From Takakia lepidozioides (lineage: Eukaryota > Plantae > Bryophyta): a DNA stretch of 64,000 nt. How positions within the stretch are numbered: the first letter of the stretch is position 1; each line of letters begins with the position of its first letter. A program made the position numbers and the translations under genes. Below are positions 50,278 through 63,865 of the stretch, piece by piece. Location of the stretch: NCBI GenBank assembly GCA_030704615.1, contig CM060732.1, forward strand, positions 28,768,001 to 28,832,000, given 5' to 3'. The notes beneath the pieces are model-generated. The model had not been told where the DNA came from, searched no databases, and was given only the letters and a program-made list of their open reading frames with translations.

Positions 50278-50987
50278 TTTAGAGAAACCGTAAGGCTGTG
50301 GCTGTAACAACTGAAGTAATGCCTGCAGAGCACAAAGCACAAACGTATGATTGCCACAAAATGCTATGGGTAGTGTCCTGTAAACCTGCGGGGCTTGCAA
50401 GCATTGATCAAGAGAAAAGTTACTCTCTGTTCTCTGTTTCCTCGCCACTGCGTGAGTAGTATCGCGAGCGTATAATCTGCTAGTTCCCTCATAGCTTCAA
50501 AACTATCGCATTGATTGTCTGTCCCGTCGAGACGCCCGTTACTTGGAACGACGCCGACTCTTACGCTCAGAACCATTTTACTTTCTTGAAGTTGCTCCTG
50601 CTTCATGATTGGCTGTAACCGCTGACTGGATTTTAGAATTAATTTTCTTTAGTGGATTTTCCCTGCTGGCCTGTCCACTAGGATAACACACGTGACAAGA
50701 AATTCATTTTTCTGTACTCGCCGTATGTTCCGTTACCTTTTTCCGTATGCATTAATGGGCCCGCCATTCATCCTCTTTGACGTAGTAGGTAGGTACTTTG
50801 ACGGCCACTCCTGTCCTTTTTCTTGATGACACTTGTTCTTGCAGCTCCTTCTCAGCTGTGCGTCACGGCCTGACTTCCACGCGTCCACTTTTAAACTGAC
50901 TTCCGCCCTTTCTTCCGCCGGCCATTTCCCTGATGTTTTCTTTCGTCCACCTGTCACTAATCCTATGGACTGTGTAATTCTGATTGG

Positions 50988-53235
50988 CTATGTGAGGCTG
51001 TGACAGGCTGTCTGTTGTGCCTGTGCGGCTGTGACTGTGTGACCACTGTGTGGGGCTGTGATAGGCTGTGTGACCCTGTGTTGGGCTGTGATGGGCTGCT
51101 GTATAGTGATAGGTATTAAACATCTGTGTTTTCCGCTCCTCACCGGTTTAACGACAAGTATTCTATGCTCCGTTGGTGTTACTGGAACAGCCTGTATTTG
51201 CTCCTGTGGTTCTATATGCAAATCATGCCTCAATGGCTTGTCATGGATACCACTGTATCCTTTCAACTTGTTGGCATTGACCCTCCCAGCATTTCTTTGT
51301 TAATGGTTTGTAACATGGCCGTGTTGTTATCATACATCTTTTGTATGACATAAGGTCCCTTCCATGGCGATTTAAGCTTAGAAGCCTTAATCTTTCCCTT
51401 CTTCTGCAACCACAAAAACCAAATCTCCTGTTTTGAAAGTCTTCAACTTCCCTTCATCAAACTGATCCTTCTTTTCATCTGTATTCTCGTCATGTTGTCA
51501 GCTGCATCAGCTCGTACTTCCTCCATATGGTATAATTCATGTTTCCTGACCTTAATTGAATCTTCCAATTCCATTCTTCTTCCCCATTCAGTTCTCATAG
51601 TAGGTAATAAAAACTCCACTGGAAGTAAAGCTTCCATACCATAAACTAATTGGAATGGTGTATACTTAGTGGTGACTTTATATGAAGTCCTGTATGACCA
51701 CAAAGCTGTCAGTAGCTTTGTATCCCAGTCTGTTCTGTTTGCATTGACTATTTTAGCCAAGATGGTACATAGTATTTTGTTGGTAGCCTCTGCCTGTCCA
51801 TTACCTTGTGGGTAATAGGTTGTACTTTTCCTATGCACAATCATGAACTCCTTAGTCAAGAGTTCTATGGTCTCATTGATGAAGTGACTTCCCTGATCAC
51901 TGATAAATTCCAGGGGACAGCCAAACCGTGTAAGTATGTTCTCATACAAGAACCTGGCTGTGGACTTAGCTGTGTTGTCCCTCAGAGCTTTAGCTTCCAC
52001 CCACTTCGTAGTATAATCAGTAGCTGTGATTATATACTTGTTCTGTGTATTCTTGGCTGGTGGGTTTATTGGTCCAACAAAGTCCAGTCCCCATTTCTGA
52101 AATGGTTCAGTAGGCATTGTAGGATGCAAAGCCATCTTTCCATACCTCTGCAATGGTCCTAGCCTCTGACACTCATCACAAGTTTTACAATACTTGTGCA
52201 CATCTTTGAACAAGGTAGGCCACCAGTAACCGGCAAGTAGTATCTTCCTACTGGTAGTCTCTTTTCCAAAATGGCCCCCTGCCACTCCTTTATGAATTTC
52301 TTCCAAAACTTTATCAACTTCATGGTGGTATAAGCATCGCTTCAGCACTCCATCTGGTCCTAGCTTATACATTCTGCTTCCTACCATAGTGTAAGGTAAA
52401 GCCTTGATAACAATTCTCTTTCTCTGCTCCTTCCCATAACTTGGTGGACATTGACCATGAGTAAGATAGTATCTGATTGGCCATTGCCAATCTAACCAAT
52501 CATCTGCACTTCCCTGCACCTCCACGGCAAATAAGCTCGCATCTGGTAATTGATCATCTAGTCCTGTGGCTGGTTCACCTGTTGATAACCGTGACAAGTG
52601 GTCCGCCACAAGATGCAGCCTCCCAGGCTTGTAAACAACCTCAAACTCAAATTCGTGTAAGATTATCAACCATGCTTATCAGAAGTTTGTTTACCAAGTA
52701 TATCAAAGCTTGGTGATCCACATAGAACATAAACTTCTTACCCAACAGGTAATGCCTGAATTTCTTCACTGCATAGATCATTGCCAATGCTTCTCTTTCT
52801 GTTGTGCTATAATTTCTTTCAACATTGTTCATTAATCGGCTAGCATAGTACACAGGTGAATCTATCCTTCCTGTAACATTTTGGGCTAGCACCGCTCCCA
52901 ATGCTTCTCTTGAAGCATCACAGTGAACATGGAACATTTCCTGCCAGTGAGGATTAATCAATACAGGTGTAGTTGTCATTGACAATGTCAGTTCCTCAAA
53001 AGCCTGCTGACATTCATCTGTCCATGCAAACACTGCGTCTTTTTTTAAAAGTTTGCTCAAAGGTGCTGCCATCTGTGCATACCGTCTGACAAATCTTCTG
53101 TAGTAGCTGGTTTGTCCCAGGAATCTCCTTAGACTCTTAGCATTTACTGGAGGTGGGGAGGCTTTAATGGCCTCCGTCTTTCTGGGATCCATTAGAAGTC
53201 CCTTTTTACACACTATGTGTCCCAAAAGTACCCCT
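50988..53235 (-). CDS. pol: Gypsy pol (RT C-terminus, RNase H, integrase with GPY/F motif)
   Basis: LGHIV, FLGQTSYYRRF, CDAS, NYSTTEREALA, H..GGHF..C..C, WGLDFVGP, SDQGSHF, YYPQGNGQAE and WKGPY. Confidence 0.95.
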
Positions 53236-53698
53236 GGGGGCTGCTATTTCATGAGCCATGAGCCATGAGTGGCATGAGCCATGAGCAGAGTCGTAAGTGT
53301 GGAAAAAAACATGAGCAGCACTATTTTCCGGAAATGAGTGTCCGCGGGAATAGGGTTTAGGGTGCCACGGTCATAGGGGGAGAAGGACCTCCCGATGAAG
53401 GAGGTTCGGCAATGTTATTTAGAATTATATATTGAAAGGCAATGTTTCGCGAATGGTAGGGTGGTACTGCTCTGTACAATGGGGGCCCATTTCAGCCTAC
53501 CAGCCATTTGCAAAATTCACCCACACTCCCAATCCCAAACGAAATGAGCAATGACGCATTCTCGGAACGATGGACACAGAATAGAATAAAAAGAGGGCAC
53601 AATGAGGTTTTTATTGATCCACATGAATTGCATTTGAAGCACGTCTACTGTGCTGATTGTGCCATCAAATCTTGAGCCCTGTGCCTACTGAATACAAG

Positions 53699-54261
53699 TC
53701 ACGTTGTCAATGGGACTTCGACTGCTCTCAGAACTAGCTCATGAGTCATGGGGCTCCTCCATGTAAAGTCGATTGCAGCCGTTGTACCGCCCCTAGTGAT
53801 GTTCACCACAATGTCCTGCCCTTCAATCATACCACCATCGAATATGGAAATCTTCACGTTTTCGTCGTCACACCAATGCGAATGTCCCCATACAATGGAG
53901 AAGAGGAGCGCACTCCTCGAGGAGAATAGGTCTCTCCGATGGAGTCCACCCACGTCCAGTGGCAGCAGTTCCACCGCAACAGCATAGCAGTGCGCCTTCT
54001 TCTGCATGGGTGACCGTCGTAGCTGGGAAAATCGGAATCGAGGATGCGCAGGAGCCACGGACTCCTCAGACCAAGATCGTCACCCCGCTCGAAGGCGCGT
54101 GGCCTAGGATATACTCAAAAGCCACCAATGTTTCCACAATCGAACCAGTATCTTCTGTGTAATCTGTGTGTACCAGATAACAATGTCTCCCGATGGGCCG
54201 AATACATTGCATAATCGATGCCTCCAAATGGGCAGTCGTCCCGGTTCCGGAAGCACGGCAT
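53699..54261 (-). CDS. Orphan ORF B, copy 2
   Basis: Homologous to 42155-42713, with frameshifts. Confidence 0.65.
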
Positions 54262-54816
54262 CCTTGCAAAGGAGGACCTGAGGACGACTTGGATGCAGAT
54301 GACAATGACCTTGCAGACAGCTACGAAGCCCTTAGATTTTGGAAAATGATGCGAAGCGGAAGAGCAGTCCGGCCTCCAATAATGGAGCATCTGGGTCCCA
54401 CGTACCCACCGACGGAGGTGGAACGTGTTCATCACGCCGGCGGTGGATGAACCCATACATCTTTCTCATCAACAAGTTTAGTTTGAGATCTGCCACCGAA
54501 GTCCATCCCCCCGGATGGAAATTCGGCGCCGCATTTACATCGAAGAGGGGATGGACTTCGTCGTGTCCAGTGGCTATCGGCCCACCTGGCAGTGACTGCC
54601 CATAGTTTGCATGGCAGGGTAGGAAACTGAAACGGCTACATTCATGCAGCAGCCAATCTTCATCGGTCCAGGATCCTGTAGGGGGAAATTTAAATGTGCC
54701 CTGGGAGTGTTTGTGAGGAATTGCAGCGTTAGCTTGAACTTTTTCCAGCCACCGCACTGCTCCTCCTCCATCCGGAGCTGCTGTCATTGAGCGTACTCCG
54801 CTACTCTTTTTCAAGG

Positions 54817-55397
54817 ATGCCGTGCCGCCGAAATCCAGCCGACTGCCCTTATCATGGCCACGATTATGCTATGTTCAAACCAGAATCAGGAGACATCATT
54901 GTCTGGCTCTCTGTTTTCACAGACGCTGCTGGAATCAAGCAAGAGTCTTTGCGCGCAATGGAGTATCTGGAGGGCTATTACCGCTTTGAGCGAGGTGAGG
55001 GCGAGGGTCAATGCGGTCCGTGGGTCCTGAAAATTGTTGACCTCGATATACCAAGCTGGAAAGGGATGCCGGACAGATCACGCACGGCCTCGCTTTGGCG
55101 CTGGAACTGCTGCCAGTGGACCAGGGAGGACGGCACCGGGGAAAACTATATACGTGCAGATCACTCCGCTCTTCCAGTGTATGGAGACATTCGGCTGAGT
55201 TGCGAAGACGAATCGCACGGGCACATGAGGCCCACAGTGACCTTGTCAATGTGTATGATGGTGGTATCATTGATGGACATGACATTGTCGTCGGCTCCAG
55301 CAAGGGCACAGCAACGACCGAATTGCAGTTTACCTCGAGGTGCCGCAGCAGTGATGAGCTTGTTTTGAGGGGTATCGAAGTTCCGTCGACTTGGTGA
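54817..55397 (+). CDS. Orphan ORF A, copy 2
   Basis: Homologous to 41035-41600, with a frameshift near 55250. Confidence 0.7.
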
Positions 55398-55656
55398 AGC
55401 CCATGTAGAAGGAGGAAGGGCTTAGTTTTGTCTGCAGTTGGTAAATGTGAGACATCGTGTCCGATCAATAAACCCATCGTACCTCACTTCTGTATGATTG
55501 TGTTTCATTCTGTTGAATAACTGTCGGAATTGGCCCACTGTTTACAATTTGATGTCTCATTTCTACAATGTGTCTGTCCGGATGAATATAGCAGAGTAAC
55601 CGTATGTGAGTCATGTGTCAAGAATATACCAGAGTAACGCCATGTCGGACATTGAA

Positions 55657-56380
55657 AACCGCATTTCCATGTCCATGAAATGCGGCACATTTCCAGGAAA
55701 TCCGCATTTCCACGGACAAGAAAATGCGGTGCATCATTTCCGTCCAGGTACACGAAATACCAACACGGGTCTATAAATTGATCAGAAAACGAGGTTGGCA
55801 TTGCAAATGCGGCGACGCATTTCCAGCTTGCAATGGAAACTTCTTTTTGGACAAGGGAATGCGGTGCCGCATTTCCGTACAACACTTCGAAAAGTGTGAC
55901 ATTTCCGACCAGCGCGATGGAATGCGTTACCGCATTTCCGAGAGAGGGTCTGCAAATGGACAAATTGCGATGTCCGTTCTGGAAATGCGGCGCCGCATTT
56001 CCATGTCCGTCATCGACTTTTTTTTTTACAATGGAATGCGGTGCCAATTTTTGCTGATGGGCCTGCAGTTCGAACAACGACCATCCCCAATATGAAATGC
56101 GGCACCGCATTTTCAATCCGCCATGTCGACCTCCTTGTTCGACCTCTTGTTCGACCTCTGTAAGCGTGGTGGCATCCATGCAATGAGCGGGAGAGGCCAA
56201 AACTGGCGTGTGGACAAAGGAAATTTGGAAATGCGGCACCGCATTTCCAATTCAGATTACTTTTTACTATGCCAACATTGAAATGGAAAATTTAGTCCCT
56301 CCCCTGTTTTGGAAATGCGGTGCCGCATTTCCAAAAGAGGTTCTTAGAGTTCCCTGTTTTGGAAATGCGGTGCCCCATTT
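55657..56380. repeat. Palindrome array 2, copy 2
   Basis: Same palindrome units as 40076-40780. Confidence 0.9.
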
Positions 56381-56529
56381 CTGATTTTGGGAGCGTCGTG
56401 GTTTGGGCGATTGTGTGGCTGGAATGCACACTGGAGAGGGGTCACGAATGTCGGGCAGAATTTCCTTTATATACTCTGGAAGAGAATTTACATTTACAGA
56501 GACTTCATTAAAATTCTATTAATCTTGAA

Positions 56530-59500
56530 AATCATCCGAATCCTCATCCTGTTCTAGACTGTCCTGCTCCTCCTCCACCCCTCAGTGCCTCTCTCATCTC
56601 CAGCGGACTGCTCGTTGGCCAGGCTTTCGAAAATCCCATCTTCCCCTTGCGGAACTGTCCATCTCACCTCCGTTGGGTCGTCTTCCTCCCTGTCTGCGTC
56701 GCTCTCATCCGCTGAATCACATATGTACTTTCGTACCCGTCTACCTGTCTGAGCTGCTGCCAACTCTTTCCTTATCCTTCTGTCCTCCCTAGCCCTCTCC
56801 AAAATCTGCTCTACTTTACTGGGATTCTCACTTCTTCTAATCGCTGTATTTGCGAGTTTAGCTGCATAACTAGGAAGGAGTAGTCCCTCACCGGGCTCGT
56901 CATGAAGTCGGCCCTCGCAAAGAACGGGACATTCTCCTGGCAGGAAGTGTAGGCCCTACATGTTTCGACCCGGACCCTGCAATCCTGCACATGACAATCA
57001 TCAACGAGACTAATGAGAACCACAGTCGGGAAAAATTCGTTTGACATAAATGACCCAGAAGGCTTTGCAAACTTACAATGTTTGCACTCACTCGTATTCC
57101 GGGTTCTCCTCCGCATCAATGTCCACTGTGTCTTCCTCGGACTCCGACGAATCCGAGGAGACTTCCGCTCTGTCGGGAGCCTTCACATTCCGTTGCAGCC
57201 CCTCCAGATGGGATCCCCACACGGATGAATCCTCCTCGTAGGCAAAGAGGTGCCGGTCGGAAAACCGCCCAGCCCACATTGAGGCACCTGTTACAATGCC
57301 ATCCACACATTACCACATGGCGCTCAGATGTTGCGAACTATATCCTAACGAGAATTTGCAGAACAGCAGAGATCAAGATTCTGCATACCTGTCCCACAGA
57401 TGAGGTCGGAGCACTGTGCCCTCCACGTCTGTGCATGTCTCCATAATTGTCTGAATGAAGACAGGGCTCGAGTCCGTGAGTACCGCAGGGGTTCCGTTGA
57501 AGTGAGGCTATGAGGGAGAAGTTCCTTGGGAACGTTGCTTGAACAGAACGTCGTAATCGAGTGGGTCGCAGTTCGGGTCAACCTTTCCGCTTCAATCCGG
57601 AAAGCAAAGGTGGAGTTCTCCTTCACAAAGCAGTATGCATCGAACTGCTTCGTCTGCATACACAGGGGGAAAACGATTAGAAACCGAATGCGGCACCGCA
57701 TTTGAAAACACCCAAGCAAACGAATGGACGAGTGCCAGTGTCGTAATCACCTTCTTCCCTTCCGACCGAAGGCCCAGTGTGTTGATGCACGTCCACTTCT
57801 TTTTCAGAATCGGGACGGCGCTCTTGCGGGTCCACTTCGCAATTCCTGTCTGAGTGTTTTTTCCTCTGCTCGCCAGGACAACCACACAGCCTCTGTCGTC
57901 CAACACCATGCGGGCAAGCCCGAATCCTTTCTTCCAAAAGTCCTCCGAGTACCTGTTCCAAGATGGCAAAGCTTGCAGTCCTTCCACAGGCTCTCCGTCC
58001 GGAATATCCAAGATGATCATATCGCAAGACCACTCGGTGGCATTTCCGCCCCTCCTACAATCCTTGTCTGCACACACCCTCTCAAAGAACGAGACCATAT
58101 TCTGAAATCCTGGGGTGTCGGAAGGCTCTTCGGCAGTCGCCTTCTTCAGTGCTCTGCCCTTCAGACCCTCCATGGTCTTCAGGTATGCCATCTTGGCTGC
58201 CCGTCCATCCAAAGCCGCCAAGAAACTCTCATTTACACACTGGACTACAGTTTCGGGAGCCACTTTCGGCCTCTTCATTTCCACCGGCTCGAAAGGGTGC
58301 CCCCCTGGGGGGTTGAAGAGTGCCTTCTTTGCCGAGCCAGTTCTCGTGCCTCTCGTGACAACGGTGGGCACAGGGGAGGCAGCCTGCGTTTGGGGGGGTG
58401 GGCTGGTTGCAAAGTCTCCATCGGAGTCCTCTTCCTCTCCCTCTTCCTGAACAGGCTGTTTCTGCTTCTTCGTTTTGGCGGGTGTCACAACAGCTGCTCC
58501 TTGCTGGCGAGTCCTCTTCTTCGACCCCTTCTGTTGGGCCTGCACAGCTGCATCCACCGTCTTTTGTGCCATCTCAGCTGCCTTTCTGGATTCTTCCAGA
58601 GCAGCAGATTCCTTTGCCGACTTTGGCCCAGCAGGGACACGTCTTTCCTTTCTCTTCTCTTCTGCCAAGGCGTGCAGATCTTTCTCAGACTCGTCAACAA
58701 TACCGCCAGACATGTCCAGGTACCACGGGCATCCAACGAGATGCGCGGGATGCCATTGTTTCTGCATCTCGGGTGTGTAGACACAGCTTGGGCCCGCCAC
58801 GGTCCAAGCCATGAAGAACGGGGGCTCTTGAGCCAGGGCCCCTGTCTGAAGGAGCACGTATTTCATATACCTGCAAGGCAGTCAGTAAGCATGCGTGAGC
58901 AAAAGTTGAGACCAACCTACTGCAGAGTGCCACCGAAAACATAAAATGCGAATGCGGTGCCGCATTTCCGAGACAAACCTCGTAACCAGGCTTCGCATAC
59001 AAGGGCAGCTGTGCTTCACCTGTAAACAATTCGCATTGCAGCTTTCCCCGCTCCCTCCTGATGTGTAAACTCCACGCTCCTTCTTGCTGTCTGTAGCTCT
59101 CTGGCGAAAAGGTTGTCCTTGTACGCACATCTGAAACGTGTCACGTAGTCTTCCAATGTCTGTGTTCCATCCCATTTGACGTACAAGCGAACGAATTTGT
59201 GTGCATTACGACTTGCTCCTTCGCATTCGACATTACCTGCGATTCCCAAATCCATTGTCACGTAGCAGTTCAGGGAATTCATGTCAGAAAAGCAAATCTG
59301 GGGAAGTACCTTGAATTACCTGGAACACCACAAGTCATACGGTTGAGCCACACATCCACTGCAGGGTCGGAAACTTCCAGTGGAAAAGACCACATTGTCC
59401 TTATGCTCTCGGATGCATTCCAGATCGACAGCCACCGTGTCTGCCATTTCGATCCAATGTCAGGAGCTGGAAGAGAGTGGCTATGCTAGGAAGGAACTTC

Positions 59501-61960
59501 AGTGCATTGAAACCTCACCTTCTCTTTTGCCTCCACACATGCCGTTGAGAGGTGATGTCAGTTTCTCCAATTGCATGGTCGGCTGCATGGCCCGAGAGAA
59601 TAGTGTTTTGCAATCTCGGGGATGAAGTCCTTTCCAAGCGCCGGATCTGCAATTGCCACCAGCTTCACAAGCTTTGACTTGTATTTGGTTCTGGACTTGA
59701 CACCGGCTTCCTTCAAGTGCTCAGTCAATGACTGCAACGTTTTGACCTGCCCCTCACTTTCCATGAAGAAGCGTTTGGCATGGGCCAAATCCAGCTTGAT
59801 GTTTGACTGCCAACAAAAACATGCAGAAGCGTTACATTCGATTCATGTGAAACATTACTGAAAATTGGGGAAGGATGAGCAGAGGGAAATTGGAGGACGA
59901 CTTACTTCGTATATCACCTCCACCATTCCATCCATAGTGAGACGATACCATGTCCGGTCTGTTTTTGCAACGGCTTTCTGAAGAGATGGGCTTGGCTCCA
60001 GCATTTCCGCAAACATCTGCGGATCAGTGAGACCAGTTTTCCTCACCCTGTACAGCATATGTGCCATGTGGGTATGCACGTACGCATTCAGTGACCCTGC
60101 AAGGCACACTCTCCAGTTCAGTACACGGAAGCACGGAAACAAACCAGAATGGAAACCGAAATGCGGCACCGCATTTCGAAATGCTAGGGAGGGTATGAGT
60201 ATCTTACGAGTTGAGGTCCGCCACGCATCTTGAGCAGGGAGGAGTCTGCCGCCTTCACCTTGGGATGACACACTCCACCATGTAATGCCAGCCAATGTGC
60301 TTGGCATGGTTCTGCTTGATGTACTCCCACCAGGCGAGAAGTCGGTGATTCCCGTCCCAAACAAAGAACATTTTACCCCGACATATGGCCGAAGTCGGGA
60401 TCACCCTCAGCGTCGCCTCGAATTCGTGGTTGCGAGTGTGCCAGTGGGTATCCCACATTGACAATTCATCGGCAGTGGGGTCCACGAGTTTCGCCGTCCT
60501 CATTCTCAATGGAAACGTAAAACGCTTGCCAATCCCAGGCCGGTACCCTTCTCGAAATGCGAACTTGAGCTTATCCACATCTCGGGAAGGGCCTGCATGA
60601 CGATGGGAAGGGAGACCATGCGAAGAGTGGGATTCGAAGAGTCCGCTGGAATACCCCTGCTGCCCAGAACTCTGCCAATGCTACTGGTGTGCTCCTCCAA
60701 CATTTTATCCGCTGCACTTTTGAAATCCTCCGGAGACATGCTGTAGGTGCCGGGGTAGTGGGGGTAGTGGCCTGAGCAGCTGGAGCATCCTCAACTGGAG
60801 CTGCACTCTGGGGCCTGTCTGAGGGCAATTCTGCCATTGCAGAGGCCTCCTCCGGGCCTGTGCTCATCGGTGGTGAGGGTCTTGCTGCGAAGTTGAGCGG
60901 CAGCACCTCTCCTCCGGTACCAAATCGAGATCAACGGCTCGATCCCATTGCCTTCGCTGCAGCAGCTAGCAGACGTCGGCCCAAAATCTGCAGGCGGGAA
61001 ATCCTCCTCCAGGAACTGAGCTTCAGCTCGTGGAGCGGTTTTTGCCCTTCTTCGGGAGATTGTTCGCCCGTCGCCCTGATTTGCCTTCTGCGCTTCATCA
61101 TCCTTAGAGGGAAGGTGATCTGCTGACAATTGAATCTGTATTATACCCTGCTCGCTTCATTCGCGTTGGGGGGGGGTTGGGTGAATCGGCCTGAGCGGTT
61201 CAAGAAGCCAGTAGAGGGACGCTTGGCGCTTCTTCGACTTTGCTGGAGAAGGCCCCGACAACCCTCGCTGGCGATTCTCCATGACCGAGAAGCGAGTCGA
61301 TCTCTGGGACTTTGACAATTGCCCCTTCGAAGACGCGTCTTTGAAATCGCAGAGGGTAGGCCCGGCAGAGGGAACATACCGCGTCGGGATCGGTGGGTGT
61401 ACGTGCTGCAGCTAGCGCCCTCGGACTCTTTCCACAGTGCGGATATTTCGTGGATTCCTGCGATCACTTCCAGCAGCATTTCTGTTAGGCATGCAACATG
61501 TTCTGCATTCAAGTCTCTAGCATTCGTTAGAAGTACAGAATCAAAATGGGGGGTTCGGTGCTCGATCAGCTTGCCGCAGCCCCCCGATCGCATGCCGAGC
61601 TCTCACTGGTGGCTCGGGTTGCTGAGTGGCCCTGCCATGACTAGGACCCCCCACGATCGGCAATTCCTCCTCCTCGTAGGACGCATTGGCCCGTCCTCCC
61701 ACTTCGGCATTGGCCCCTACAGTCCGAAGTATAATTTCCGGAGCTTGCGACGAGGTCTCCTGGCTGGTGCACGAACCCCCCCTCTCGGGTTCGAGCATAA
61801 GAAGAACAGATAGAGGGAAAAGGGGCAAAGAGTGCAGATGGAAAGGGCGCGAGAGGGGTGACTGAGGAGACACGACAAAAGTAGATGAAACGGCGGTGAT
61901 GCACCACTTGGGTTCGAAAGGGTTGGACGAAAGTGTCTCCTCGTGGAGTTTTGCGTCATT
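56530..61960 (-). CDS. ParB-like + methyltransferase-like cargo gene, copy 2 (retains the full MTase region)
   Basis: FFVWDGNHRLLAW (~60350). The 424-aa ORF 57592-58866 contains DMIILDIPDG..WNRYSEDFWKKGFGLARMVLDDRGCVVV. DLICGTG at ~57395. Ends are approximate. Confidence 0.75.
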
Positions 61961-62144
61961 ACGAATTCGAATCGTTGAGGGTACGTCTGCCGTCCGAAAA
62001 ACAAACATCATTATCGAACGGTCAAGCCGCGCCGCCTCATGCCCCTTCAGTCAGATAGAGTGCCGACATGTGCAGCAATTCCATTGCTCCACGTGTTCAC
62101 ATTTCAAGGTATTTCCGTCCCAGCGTCTGATGAGTTGGAGCGAA

Positions 62145-63865
62145 AATGCGAATGCGGCGCCGCATTTCCGTTAAGTACCATTACGAAGCTACACATCCGT
62201 ACTTGTTGGAAGAAAATGCGGCACCGCATTTTCCGTTCCACCTTCACATACCTTAGTTGTTGAACGGAAATACGGTGCCGCATTTCCGTCCCACAGCTCC
62301 AAGTATGAGATTCAAAAGGGAAATGCGGCGCCGCATTTCCGTTCTGGAATGTCGAAAGGTGCGATTGGAACGGGAATGAGGCACAACATTTCAGTTCCCG
62401 TGGTTCATGATTTTCAATGTGAACGGAAATGCGGTACCCCATTTCCGTTCCCACTTCACATACTCCGTTAGATTCTGATGGAAATGCCGTGCCACATTTC
62501 CGTTCGGGAAAGTATAGAGGTCTCACCTGGACAAAATGCGGTGCCGCATTTCCGGTCCGGAAAGTTTGAAGGTCTCACATGGATGGAAATGCGGCTACAC
62601 ATTTTCGTAGCACAGCTCCAGGCCCAATATACAAAACGGAAATGGCGGCGCCACATTTCCGTTCTAGAATGTCGGAAGGTGCGACTCGAACGGAAATGCG
62701 GTGCCGGATTTCTGTTCCCGTTGCGCACGATTTTCAGTCAGAATGGAAATGGCGGTACCGCATTTCCGTTCTGTAGAGTATTAAGGTCTGACGCTGGCGG
62801 AAATGCCGTGCCGCATTTTCGTTCCACAGCTCCATGCCTCACATTCAAAACGGAAATGCGGCGCCGCATTTCCGTTTTGGAATGTCGGAGGTGCGACTCG
62901 ACTCCGACGGAATGCGGTACCCGCTTTCAGTTCCGAGGTTTCAGGATATTTCATCAGAACGGAAATGCGGTGCCGCATTTCCTTTTTGAATCTAATACAT
63001 TCCGTCCTGGAATGTTGGGAGGTGGTCGACTCGGATGGAAATGCGTTTCCGCTTTCAGTTCCGACGTTTCACGATTTTCAGTCAGAACGGAAATGCGGTA
63101 CCGCATTTCCGTTCTGGAATGTTGGTAGTGCGACTCACTCGGAAATGAAAATACGGGTGCCGCATTTTAGTTCAGATGGTTCACGATTTTCAGTCAGAAC
63201 GGAAATGCTTGCCGCATTTCCGTTCTGGATAGTATTAATGTCTCAAGCGGTCCGAATTGCGCTGTATGAAGCTGTCGGAATCGCACTCGGCTCATGCATC
63301 AGATACAAAATGAAAATGCGCGCCGCATTTCCGTTCTGGAATGTCGAAAAGTACGACTCGGACGGAAATGCGGTGCCGCATTTCTGTTCCCGTTGTTCGT
63401 AATCTCAATCAGAACGGAAATGCGGTACCGCATTTCCGTTCATCCACCTTCACACACCGTGCTTGTTGAATGAAAATGGGGTACCGCATTTCCGTTCTGG
63501 AGAGTATGAATGTCTTTTAAGGACGGAATGTGCTGCAGCATTTCAATCCCTACTGCTCCATGCATCAATACAAATGGAAATGCGGCGCCGCATTTCCGTT
63601 CTGAAATGTCGTAAAGTGCGACTCGGACGGAAATGCGGGTGCCGCATTTCTGTTCCCGTTGTTCATAAATCTCAATCAGAACGGAAATGCGGTACCGCAT
63701 TTCCGTTCGACCTTCACATACCGTGCTTGCTGGATGAAATGCGTTACCGCATTTCCGTTCTGGAGAGTATAAAGGTTTCCCCCGGACGGAAACTCGGTGC
63801 CGCATTTCCGTCGCTCTGGTGCATGACCAAGATGCAATAATACGGAAATGCGGCGCCGTATTTCG
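62145..63865. repeat. Palindrome array 1, copy 2 (~30 units, ~53-bp period)
   Basis: Unit starts read at 62319, 62425, 62480, 62532, 62585, 62638, 62692, 62745, 62799, 62852 and onward. Confidence 0.95.

Larger units (their letters stand above)
45866..53235 (-). mobile_element. Ty3/Gypsy LTR retrotransposon (non-chromovirus type), 3' part, interrupted in RT by MULE copy 2
   Basis: RT-RH-INT order, PPT, 3' LTR with TG..CA ends, and a long extra ORF. Confidence 0.92.

Noticed and set aside
57724-58944. 406-aa plus-strand ORF (and 37981-38859 minus)
   Set aside because: Antisense shadow of the cargo gene's long exon, with low-complexity composition.
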